Assembly: GCA_035687255.1 (NCBI GenBank)
Contig: DASRYI010000083.1
Span: 1-42,360 of the forward strand
DNA from: Candidatus Krumholzibacteriia bacterium
GTDB lineage: Bacteria; Krumholzibacteriota; Krumholzibacteriia; WVZY01; JAKEHA01
Direction: 5' to 3'
DNA length: 42,360 nt
The notes under the pieces were generated by a model. The model was not told the origin of the DNA and did not search any database. It saw nothing but the letters and a program-made list of their open reading frames with translations. Numbering within the stretch: position 1 is the first letter of the stretch; each line of letters opens with the position of its first letter. This document shows positions 15,315-24,000 of the stretch, piece by piece. The translations under genes were made by a program, and so were the position numbers.

Positions 15315-17786
15315 ATGAGAAAGCGTAACCTATTGTCCCTAGCGGTCTTCCTCTGTGGGTCGCTGGTGCCCTCACTCGCCGCCGCCCGGGTCGATACGCC
15401 GCCGGAATTGATTTCAAAGGGTAAGAATGGACCGCAGCGCGTCTTCGTGATCGACGGTTCGACGGTTCACAACGTGGGCGAACTCCAGATGATGGTGGGC
15501 AACTGGGGGATGTTCGGCTCCTGGCCGGGTTCAGGACTGCCCTTCTCGGAGGCTCCGTCGGCGCAGTGGCCGGCTGGAAGCGGCGTTGAATACCTCTTCA
15601 CCGCCGGTCTGTGGGTGGGCGCCCTGAAGAGCGGTGTGGCCGCGGTTTCAACCGCCGCCTACCAGTGGGAGTTCCGCCCCTCGAACGACCTGCGCGACAT
15701 CATGTACAAGGCCTCGGAAGGTTCGCGCGGCGGCAATCGTCTGCCCTCGAAGAACGCGGACGACGACCGTGACGGCAAGATCGACGAGGACTGGCTGAAT
15801 GGCTATGACGACGACGGAGACGGGCTGATCGACGAAGATTTTGCCGCCATTTCCAAGCAGATGTTCTCGTGTCAGTATACGGACGACCAGCCGTCCTCCA
15901 CGCAGATCTATCCGCAGCACAACCCGCTGCACCTGCACGTCCGCCAGGAGAGCTACCAGTGGGAAGAGGATCGGTTTGACGATTTCGTGGGCGTGCAGTT
16001 CTGGATCACCAACTACGGCACCGACGTGCTGACGGATCTGTACATCGGCTTCTTCGCCGACGGCGACGCCGGTCCGCGCGACCGTGAAAACTACTGGGAA
16101 GACGACGGCACCGGGTTCATCAGCGTGCCGATTCGTTGCACCGACCTCGGTCCGGTCTCGATGGATATCGCCTACACGTACGACGTGGATGGCGACGAAG
16201 GCCGTACGCTCGGGTATTTCGGTGTGCTGTTCCTCGGTCACACCACCGACCCCAACGGCGAGTTCGCGCCCCGGCGCGTCGGCGTGACCACCTACGCCAA
16301 CTTCTCGGGCAGCCAGTCGTTCGAAGACGGCGGCGACCCGACCAACGACTTTGAACGCTATGAACTGCTCTCGTCGCAGACCAAGGACCGCAACGCCACC
16401 ATCCCGCGCGACTATCGAATGCTGATGGCCGCGGGCCCGTTCGCGGAACTGCTTCCGGGCAGCACGCTGGTGTTCCAGACGTGTTTCGCCATCGGCACGG
16501 GCATCGACGGCCTGCTGGAAAACGCGTCGTCCGCGCAGCTCACTTTCGAGGGCGCGTGGTTCAACCTGGACGGCAACAAGGACACCGGCATTGACGGCCG
16601 CGAGACCCGCGTGGACGGCCCCGCCAGCGGCATCTACGTCGACTCGTGTCTCTATCCCGGACAGCCGCCCATCACCGTGCCCAGCCATACGACCATCTAC
16701 ATCAACGACGACTGCGGCACGGAACGTGCGGCGGAGATGATCTGCGGATATACGCCGGCCGACAGTGCGAAGTACAAGACGGGTGTGGGCGGCAATGAGA
16801 GCCAGTTGTTCTGGATCGTGGGCACGGCCCCGCCACCGCCCAGCATGCGCGTCGATTCCAGCAACCGTGATGGAGTCGCCATTTACTGGGACAACTTCAG
16901 CGAATCGCAGCCCGACGTGAAAACCCAGCGCTACGACTTCGAGGGGTACCGCGTGTTCCGCGCCGATAACTGGGGGCGTCCGGAGGGCACGTCGGTGCTC
17001 AACGGTCCGGGAGCCGATCTCTGGAAGCTGCTTTTCCAGGCGGACATTCGCAACGGCTTCGGCGAGGATACCGGTATGGACCGCCTGCGCTACGAGCCGC
17101 TGACACATACTCTCTCGGCGGGCAAGAAGCGCGACATGATCAATTCGATCAAACAGTACCTGGTGGAGTATCCGGGACAGCATCCACCGTGTCCGCAGGG
17201 TGTAACGACGGAAGTGTGTGACACGTTGTGGGCGCTGGCCGCGTGGGAACTCGGGCTTCCCGAGGGACGGCAGTACTACCGGTACATCGACCGGTCCATC
17301 CATCGCGGGCGGCCGTACTTCTACGCCGTGACGGCGAGCGACCATAACATCGACGATCAGACGGGCGCACTTTCCGAAGGCAAGGTCGGCGATCCGTCGT
17401 CCAACTTCGTTTTCGTCGAACCCGTCACGCCGTCGCAGCTCGACTACCAGTACAAGGAAGACGAAGTGTACGTGGTTCCCAATCCGGCCACCAAGGAGTC
17501 CATGCAGCCGTGGACGCTGGCGCCCAACAACGAGGACCCGACGGGCATCAAGGTGGAATTCCACAATCTGCCCGCCGACCGGGGCACGATTCGCATCTAC
17601 ACGGTCGCGGGCGACCTCGTGAAGGAGCTCCCGTTCGACGGGCGCACCGGTGTGGGCACCGTGAAGTGGGATCTCGTGAGCCGCAACGGCCAGGACGTCA
17701 CCAGCGGTGTGTACATCTTCTCGGTGGAAACCGATACCAACGAGGCGTTCAAGCGCAAGATCGGGAAGTTCGTGGTGATCCGCTAG
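15315..17786 (+). CDS. Secreted protein with Asp-rich Ca-binding-like repeats, FN3-like module and T9SS-type/FlgD-Ig-like C-terminal domain; function unknown
   Basis: Track frame trimmed to ATG 15315. The signal peptide is MRKRNLLSLAVFLCGSLVPSLAAA. The Asp-rich stretch ADDDRDGKIDEDWLNGYDDDGDGLIDEDF (15756-15842) looks like thrombospondin-type-3 or dockerin calcium loops. An FN3-like stretch is VAIYWDNFSE..YDFEGYRVFRA. The C-terminal beta-sandwich is VVPNPAT..GTIRIYTVAGDLVKEL..VKWDLVSRNGQDVTSGVYIFSVE..KIGKFVVIR. Confidence 0.8.
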   Translation: MRKRNLLSLAVFLCGSLVPSLAAARVDTPPELISKGKNGPQRVFVIDGSTVHNVGELQMMVGNWGMFGSWPGSGLPFSEAPSAQWPAGSGVEYLFTAGLWVGALKSGVAAVSTAAYQWEFRPSNDLRDIMYKASEGSRGGNRLPSKNADDDRDGKIDEDWLNGYDDDGDGLIDEDFAAISKQMFSCQYTDDQPSSTQIYPQHNPLHLHVRQESYQWEEDRFDDFVGVQFWITNYGTDVLTDLYIGFFADGDAGPRDRENYWEDDGTGFISVPIRCTDLGPVSMDIAYTYDVDGDEGRTLGYFGVLFLGHTTDPNGEFAPRRVGVTTYANFSGSQSFEDGGDPTNDFERYELLSSQTKDRNATIPRDYRMLMAAGPFAELLPGSTLVFQTCFAIGTGIDGLLENASSAQLTFEGAWFNLDGNKDTGIDGRETRVDGPASGIYVDSCLYPGQPPITVPSHTTIYINDDCGTERAAEMICGYTPADSAKYKTGVGGNESQLFWIVGTAPPPPSMRVDSSNRDGVAIYWDNFSESQPDVKTQRYDFEGYRVFRADNWGRPEGTSVLNGPGADLWKLLFQADIRNGFGEDTGMDRLRYEPLTHTLSAGKKRDMINSIKQYLVEYPGQHPPCPQGVTTEVCDTLWALAAWELGLPEGRQYYRYIDRSIHRGRPYFYAVTASDHNIDDQTGALSEGKVGDPSSNFVFVEPVTPSQLDYQYKEDEVYVVPNPATKESMQPWTLAPNNEDPTGIKVEFHNLPADRGTIRIYTVAGDLVKELPFDGRTGVGTVKWDLVSRNGQDVTSGVYIFSVETDTNEAFKRKIGKFVVIR

Positions 17787-17814
17787 AACACGGGCGCCTT
17801 CCCACCGACCATAC

Positions 17815-17851
17815 AAAAGGGCACGGTCTCGAAGACCGTGCCCTTCTTTTT
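17815..17851. terminator. Bidirectional intrinsic terminator (secreted-protein gene / etfA junction)
   Basis: AAAA, then GGGCACGGTC (17819-17828), loop TCGAA, GACCGTGCCC (17834-17843), then TTCTTTTT. Confidence 0.8.
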
Positions 17852-17877
17852 GGGGTCCTGCAGCGTGCCCGCCGAGG

Positions 17878-18858
17878 CTAGGTGCCGAGCAGCTTCTTGA
17901 ATTCCTCGGTCACCTTCGGCACCACGTCAAAGAGATCTCCCACGATGCCGTAGTCAGCCTTCTGGAAGATGGGAGCATTTTCATCCTTGTTGATGGCCAC
18001 GATCACCTTCGAGGTGCGCATGCCCACCAGATGCTGAATCGCCCCCGAGATTCCCACGGCGAAGTAGAGCCTGGGATTGACCACCTTGCCGGTCTGTCCC
18101 ACCTGCGCGGAATGCGGCCGGTACCCGGCGTCCACGGCGGCGCGGGAGGCGCCCACCGAGGCTCCGATGGTTTTCGCCAGGTCTTCGAGAATCGAGAAGT
18201 TCTCCGCACTCTTGAGCGAGCGTCCTCCCGACACGATGACCTCCGCCTCGGTAAGGTCCTTGGCGCCGGTGGAAGTCTCAACCACCTCGACCACGCGGCC
18301 GCGCAACATGGCGTCGTCAATCTGTACCGGCACGTCCACCACTTCGGCGCTTCCCGATCCGGAAACCGGCGGAAACACGTTGGGACGGATGGAGGCCATC
18401 TGGATGGGCGCCGACGATTCGAGCTCCGCATAGACCTTCCCGGAATAGACCGGGCGCCTGACGTGCAGCACGTCGCCCACGAGCGACAGCTCGGTACAGT
18501 CGGCAAACAGCGATGCGCCGCAACGGGCCGCCGTCCGGGCCGAAAGATCCCGCCCGGTGACGGTTGCGCCGAACAGCACGATCCCCGCGTCCGCCGCCGT
18601 CACCACGGCGGCCAGGGCCGCCGCGTACGCCTGCGACGAATAGGATGCCAGCAACGCATGCTTTGCCGTGAACACCTTCGCCACGGGCAGTGACTTCGCC
18701 TCCGCCACCGCGGCGTCGGCGCCTTCTCCGATCACTGCAATCGCCACCGATCCGCCGCCTGCCTGGGCCAGCTGATTGGCGGCGCTCACCAGTTCGCGCG
18801 TAATGGGCTTGAGAGCGCCTCCACGAACCTCGCCGAAAACCAGAACTCCTTTTGCCAT
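17878..18858 (-). CDS. etfA: Electron transfer flavoprotein, alpha subunit
   Basis: Track frame trimmed to ATG 18858 ([24 protein letters not shown]). The C-terminal FAD-binding signature is [19 protein letters not shown]. Confidence 0.9.
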   Translation of the reverse strand: MAKGVLVFGEVRGGALKPITRELVSAANQLAQAGGGSVAIAVIGEGADAAVAEAKSLPVAKVFTAKHALLASYSSQAYAAALAAVVTAADAGIVLFGATVTGRDLSARTAARCGASLFADCTELSLVGDVLHVRRPVYSGKVYAELESSAPIQMASIRPNVFPPVSGSGSAEVVDVPVQIDDAMLRGRVVEVVETSTGAKDLTEAEVIVSGGRSLKSAENFSILEDLAKTIGASVGASRAAVDAGYRPHSAQVGQTGKVVNPRLYFAVGISGAIQHLVGMRTSKVIVAINKDENAPIFQKADYGIVGDLFDVVPKVTEEFKKLLGT

Positions 18859-18908
18859 CGGATTTCGGGGCCTCGCCCCTCTCCTTTCCGTCGTATGGCC
18901 CTCACGGC

Positions 18909-19706
18909 CTAGATGACTTTCGCTTCCTCGCGCAGCAACCGGACCAGTTCCTTCGCCTGCGCCGCAGCATCGCCCGGAATCATCTTCACGGGTGGGCGCT
19001 CCGGCAGCGTGTGATATTTGATCAGTTTGGTCAGGCATCCCGCAGCGCCCACCTGCTCGGGTTTGAGGGGCAGGTCGGCCAGCGTGACCTTGCGAATTTC
19101 CTTCTTCTTCGCCTTCATGATGCCGGGCAGCGACGCGTAGCGCGGCTCGTTGAGTCCTTTCTCACACGTGACGATGGCGGGCAACGCCATGTCGACGATC
19201 TCATCCGCTCCTTCGATACGCCGGCGCGCCCTCATGCGCGTATGATCGTCGGAGAGTGTCAGTTCGGTCACGATCTGCGCCTGGGGAATTCCGAGGAACT
19301 CCGCGATGGCCGCACACGTCGTGGCCGCATCGTCGTCGATCCCCTGTTTTCCCCCGAGGATCAAATCCGCGCCCAGCGGGCGGATGGCCTCGGCGAGCAC
19401 GCGCGCGTCACCCAGCGCGTCTCCACCCGCGAACGCCGGATCGTTCACATGCACCGCGTCATCGGCTCCCATGGCCAGCGCCGTGCGCAGAACGTCCATC
19501 ACGCGATCGGGGCCCATGGAAATCGCCACCACGGTGGTGTCGTCCTTGAGCCGTTCGCGAATACGCAGCGCCTCTTCGACGGCGTATTCGTCGTAGGGAT
19601 TCATCACGAACTTGATCCCGGCAGGATCGATGGACACCCCGTCGGCGCCAATCTTGATCTTGGACTCGGTATCGGGAACGCTCTTGACCAGAACAACGAT
19701 CTTCAC
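18909..19706 (-). CDS. etfB: Electron transfer flavoprotein, beta subunit
   Basis: The GTG start is preceded by AAGGAGG. MKIVVLVKSVPDTESKIKI...NPYDEYAVEEALRI is typical of EtfB. Confidence 0.9.
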   Translation of the reverse strand: MKIVVLVKSVPDTESKIKIGADGVSIDPAGIKFVMNPYDEYAVEEALRIRERLKDDTTVVAISMGPDRVMDVLRTALAMGADDAVHVNDPAFAGGDALGDARVLAEAIRPLGADLILGGKQGIDDDAATTCAAIAEFLGIPQAQIVTELTLSDDHTRMRARRRIEGADEIVDMALPAIVTCEKGLNEPRYASLPGIMKAKKKEIRKVTLADLPLKPEQVGAAGCLTKLIKYHTLPERPPVKMIPGDAAAQAKELVRLLREEAKVI

Positions 19707-19757
19707 GAACAGGCCTCCTTGGGACGGGACGACAGGCGCGTCGCGCGCTGCGCCGTC

Positions 19758-20906
19758 CTACTGCAGATTCTTGAGGATGTGGCGCGCAATCACGATGCGT
19801 TGAATTTCGCTGGTTCCCTCGTAGATTTCCGTGATGCGCGCGTCACGGAAATACCGCTCGACGGGGAAATCCTCCAGATACCCGGCGCCGCCGTGGATCT
19901 GGACCGCTTCCCGCGCCGCCGCGTTCGCGCTCTCCGACGCAAACAACTTGGCCATGGCGGCTTCCTTGCCGTGCGGCAGGCCTTCGTCCTTGAGACGCGC
20001 GGCGTTGTAGACCAGCAGCCGCGCCGCTTCGACGCGCGTGGCCATGTCCGCGATCTTGAACTGAATGGCCTGGAACTTGCCAATGGGTTGATCGAACGCT
20101 TCACGCTCACCCGCGTACTTCACGGACGCCTGCAGGCAGGCCTCGGCGATTCCCACCGCCTGCGCCGCAATCCCAATGCGACCGCCGTCGAGCGTGTGCA
20201 TCGCGATCTTGAAACCGCCGCCGACTTCACCCAGGATGTTGGCCGCGGGCACACGTGCGTCTTCGAGAATCAACTGGACCGTGCTCGAGGCCCGCAGGCC
20301 GAGCTTGTCTTCTTTCTTCCCCACCGAGAATCCCGGCGTGCCGGCGTCGATCACGAACGCCGTGATCCCCCGCGTCTTGTGCGAGGTGTCGGTGCGGGCC
20401 AGCACCAGCACCACGTCCGCCTCTTTTCCGGTGGTGATGAAGTTCTTGGTTCCGTTGAGAACGTAGTCGTTGCCGTCGCGAACCGCCGAGGTCACCAGCC
20501 CCGCGGCGTCACTTCCCGAACCCGGCTCGCTGAGCGCATAGGCCCCCAGGAACTCGCCGGTGGCAAGCCTGGGAAGGTAGCGGCCCTTGACGTCGTCGCT
20601 GCCCCAGTGGAGAAGCGGCGCATTCACCAGCGAGTTCTGCACCGACATGGTGACGCCGGTGGACGCGCACACGCGGTTGATCTCCTCCAGGGCGATGACC
20701 AGGGCCAGGTTCCCGGCGTGACTCCCGCCGTACTGCTCGGGCACGGTCATGCCCAGGAAGCCCATTTTGCCCAGTTTCTTGACGATTTCGAGGGGAAACT
20801 TGCCTTCGCGGTTGTGGCGGTCGGCAACCGGCGCGATCTCGCTGTCGGCGAATTCGCGGGCTGTCTCCTGAATCATCCGCTGCTCATCGGTCAGCGTGAA
20901 TTGCAC
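19758..20906 (-). CDS. Acyl-CoA dehydrogenase (short/medium-chain, butyryl-CoA dehydrogenase-like)
   Basis: Track frame trimmed to GTG 20906, which is preceded by AGAGGA (VQFTLTDEQRMIQETAREFA). ACAD signatures are GAYALSEPGSGSD, IAAQAVGIAEA and ITEIYEGTSEIQRIVIARHIL. It lies in an operon with etfBA. Confidence 0.9.
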   Translation of the reverse strand: MQFTLTDEQRMIQETAREFADSEIAPVADRHNREGKFPLEIVKKLGKMGFLGMTVPEQYGGSHAGNLALVIALEEINRVCASTGVTMSVQNSLVNAPLLHWGSDDVKGRYLPRLATGEFLGAYALSEPGSGSDAAGLVTSAVRDGNDYVLNGTKNFITTGKEADVVLVLARTDTSHKTRGITAFVIDAGTPGFSVGKKEDKLGLRASSTVQLILEDARVPAANILGEVGGGFKIAMHTLDGGRIGIAAQAVGIAEACLQASVKYAGEREAFDQPIGKFQAIQFKIADMATRVEAARLLVYNAARLKDEGLPHGKEAAMAKLFASESANAAAREAVQIHGGAGYLEDFPVERYFRDARITEIYEGTSEIQRIVIARHILKNLQ

Positions 20907-21013
20907 GTCATCCTCTTTGGAAACAGGAAGACCCGGCGAGACCGGGTGATGGAAGCGCCGTCCGGGCAACGCGTGGGGCCCCGGATGCACCGTTGCGGCA
21001 TCTGACGCAATGG

Positions 21014-21042
21014 AAACTACCCCAGCGCCCGACGGGTGTCAA
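21014..21042 (-). promoter_or_regulatory. Candidate promoter of the acd-etfB-etfA operon
   Basis: Minus-strand reading: TTGACA (21042-21037), 17-nt spacer, TAGTTT (21019-21014). Confidence 0.5.
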
Positions 21043-21075
21043 CCGGGTTTTGGAAGGATACCCCTTGGGAATTCG

Positions 21076-24000
21076 CTACTTGAGCAGCACCATCTTGCGC
21101 GTGGTGGCAAAGCCCGGGGCGGTCATCCGGTAGAAGTAGATGCCCGAACTCACGGGGCTGCCCGCATCATCGCGACCGTCCCAGACCGCCACGTAACGCC
21201 CGGCGTCTTTCGGCCCCGACACCAGCGTCCGTACGCGGGCGCCGCGCACATCGTACACGATCAGGCTCACGCCCGCCTGCGCCCCGGAGCGGGCGCCGTC
21301 CGGAACCCAGTAGTCGATCTTTGTAGTCGGATTGAACGGGTTGGGATAGTTCTGTCCCAGGGCCGCGCGGCTGACCGGCACATACAACATGCCGGTCTCA
21401 TGCACCACGCCGGTTTCTCCGCTGAGCCGGTAGACGTATTCGTCGCCCATTTCGACGCTGGTGTCACTCACCTGAACGCGGCCATCGGGCGTGGCATTCA
21501 CACCGCGCGCGATGCGCTGGAACACCCCCGTCGTCCCGCCCTGCACCGGAGCGCGGTACACATCGAAGGTCCGCCCCGCCTCCACCGGAACGTTCCATTC
21601 CAGATTGATGCGGTTGTCGGCCAGCGTGAACGCGAAGCGTGTTCCCGCCACCGGCGTGGGTTGCAGATAACCCACGCGCCCGTTGTTGTGCAGGTTGGCG
21701 TGGAAACGCGGCCATGGCGCATTCGCCGGATTCCACGGCGAGTTGAAGTGCCACACGTAGACGTTCTTGTCCCAGCCCGCCGCCACGATGTCGACCTTGC
21801 CGTCGCCGTCGACGTCGGTCACGGTCGGCACCGAGCGCATGGCGTCGCCGGTGGTGAGCGGGAATCCCGCCAGCACCACCCCGTTGCGGTTCCAGGCCCA
21901 GATCTTCTTCTCCTCGCTGCCGATCAGCACGTCACGCAGCCCGTCGCCGTCGATGTCCGCGATCACCGGCGACGATTCCGTATACGTGGTCGCCGAGTAG
22001 GTGGTCGGGAATCCGGGCAGATCCGCGCCCGTGGACGTGAGCCCGTACAGTTTGCCGTTGTACGTGGGAACGAAGGTCTCCAGTTTGCCGTCGCCGGTCA
22101 CATCGCCGATGGCGGGAGAAGGCGCGAAGAAGTACGTGTTCCCTATTGTCGTGCGCGACCACAGGTCAGTGCCGTTGTTCTTGATACAGCGAACGTGGCC
22201 ATCCTTGATGTTCACGACGATTTCCAGGGAACCGTTTCCGTCCACGTCGCCCACGGCCGGACTGCCGGCGATGTCGTCGGAGAGCGCCACCGGAAACCCG
22301 GGCACGTTGGTGCCGTCGTCGTTGAAGGCAAACAGCTGATTCCCCTGCGTACCCACGATGATCTCGTCCTTGCCGTCGCCGTCGATGTCCGCCAGTGCGG
22401 GCACGGAATACTGGAGCGAGCATCCGGTCAGGCGCGCGAACACACCCTGGGTGGCAGGATTGGAATCGCCGTCGCGATACTCGGTCCCGTCGCTCTTCCA
22501 CACGTACAACACCCCGAGTTCATCGATGGCGACGACTTCGAAAAGGTTGTCGTTGTTGATGTCGCCCACCGCCACACCGGCGCGAATGTTGTTCTCCACG
22601 GGACGCGGCCACCCGGGCAGCACGGTCCCGTCGTATCTGAAAATGTAGACTTGCTTGGTGTCACGCGACGCCGCCACGATATCCAGTCCTTTGGTTCCGT
22701 CCATACGCGCCAGCGCGACGTGCCCCACGTAGCTCTGCCCCTGGGTGCTGAGCACGCCCCAGCTGAGCGGATTGGAGTCACCGTCGATGAGCTCGATGCC
22801 GTTGGCGTGCCACGCGTACACGTACTTGTCGCCGACCACGATGTCCTGGCCGCCGTCGCCGTCGATGTCTCCCACCGCGACCGAGGAGACGGTCTCCGAC
22901 TCCATCGCAATCGGCCAGCCCGCCAACTGCGCCGGATTGGTGCTCCCCGAATACACCGCCGACATCGCGCTTTCATTTCCCGAGACGTCCACGGCCGTGG
23001 CCTTGTAGTAATAGGTCGTTGTCGGACTGAGACCGGTATTCATGAACAACGTGTGCGGAACCGGATCGACGTTGACCTGCGTAAACGGCCCGGCCCCGCT
23101 CAGAGAGCGGTACACGTTGTAGTACATCACGTCGGTACTCGGACTTGGTGACCACGTGAGCTGCAACCGGTCCGGCCCGATGCTGGGATCAATGACGATA
23201 TTGGTCGGCGGGCCGGGCGGCCGCAGTTCTACCGTGTCCTCATAGGCGCGTCCGAACAGATCCACCAGGCGCAGGCGCAGGCGGTGCTCGGTCGCGACGC
23301 TGCTTTCCGTCAGCGTAAATCCGGTGGTGTTCTCAATCGAACCGAGGCTGGGAATGCTGGCGTACGCCGAAGTTCCGCCCCCACCGATGGTAAACGCGCC
23401 GTCGAGGTCGTACGCCGTCATGGTTCCGCCGGGGTACGCACCGGTACCAAAGTTCTTCACCTTGTAAAACAGCTTGAACTGCTCTCCCGCCTGCACCACG
23501 CCGTCGCCATTGCCGGTGCCGGTGTCGTCGATGCGAAGCTTGACAAGGGAGAGATTGGGTTCGTGGACCAGTTTCTTGAAGGTATCGCGCCAGGTCTCAA
23601 TGCCGTTGTTCTTGATGATCAACGTGAACGGAATGGCCTGCTGGTCGGTCAACGAACTCGCAAAGGAAACACGACATCCCCCGGTCATGGTCTGCGTGGC
23701 ACCGGCGGCGATGGTGGTGCCCGCCGCGGTACTGTCGACCACCGTGACGCCCGCAGTCCCGGCGCGCAGGACGACGCTCACGCTGCCGCTGGTGGCGGTG
23801 CCGTTGTTCTTGAGCGAGAAACCCAGGTCAACGGTTTCGCCGCCGTCGATGACGCCGTTGCCGTTGCCGGAGGTCCCGCCCGTGTTGTCGTCGTCGATGG
23901 TGATGGAATTGATGGCCAGGTACGCTCCGGTACCGCCCACCGTGATGGTGCCCTCGTAGCGCTTGCAATTGAGCGCGGTCACCACCACATCGATTGTGCC

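Noticed and set aside
18852-21005. A 717-aa plus-strand ORF spanning etfB and acd. Comparable antisense ORFs lie at 349-1488, 2352-4172, 8424-9677, 10543-11703, 11718-13172, 15648-17816, 36535-37596, 39453-40583 and 41682-42308.
   Set aside because: The reasoning is the same. They overlap genes that have unambiguous family signatures on the opposite strand, and they translate to Arg/His/Gly-rich strings without recognisable domains.
21712-22929. Periodic DxDGDG-encoding repeats that might be taken for a DNA repeat array or CRISPR.
   Set aside because: The repeats are at protein level (FG-GAP blades) inside one continuous ORF. The nucleotide units are not identical, and there is no repeat-spacer organisation.
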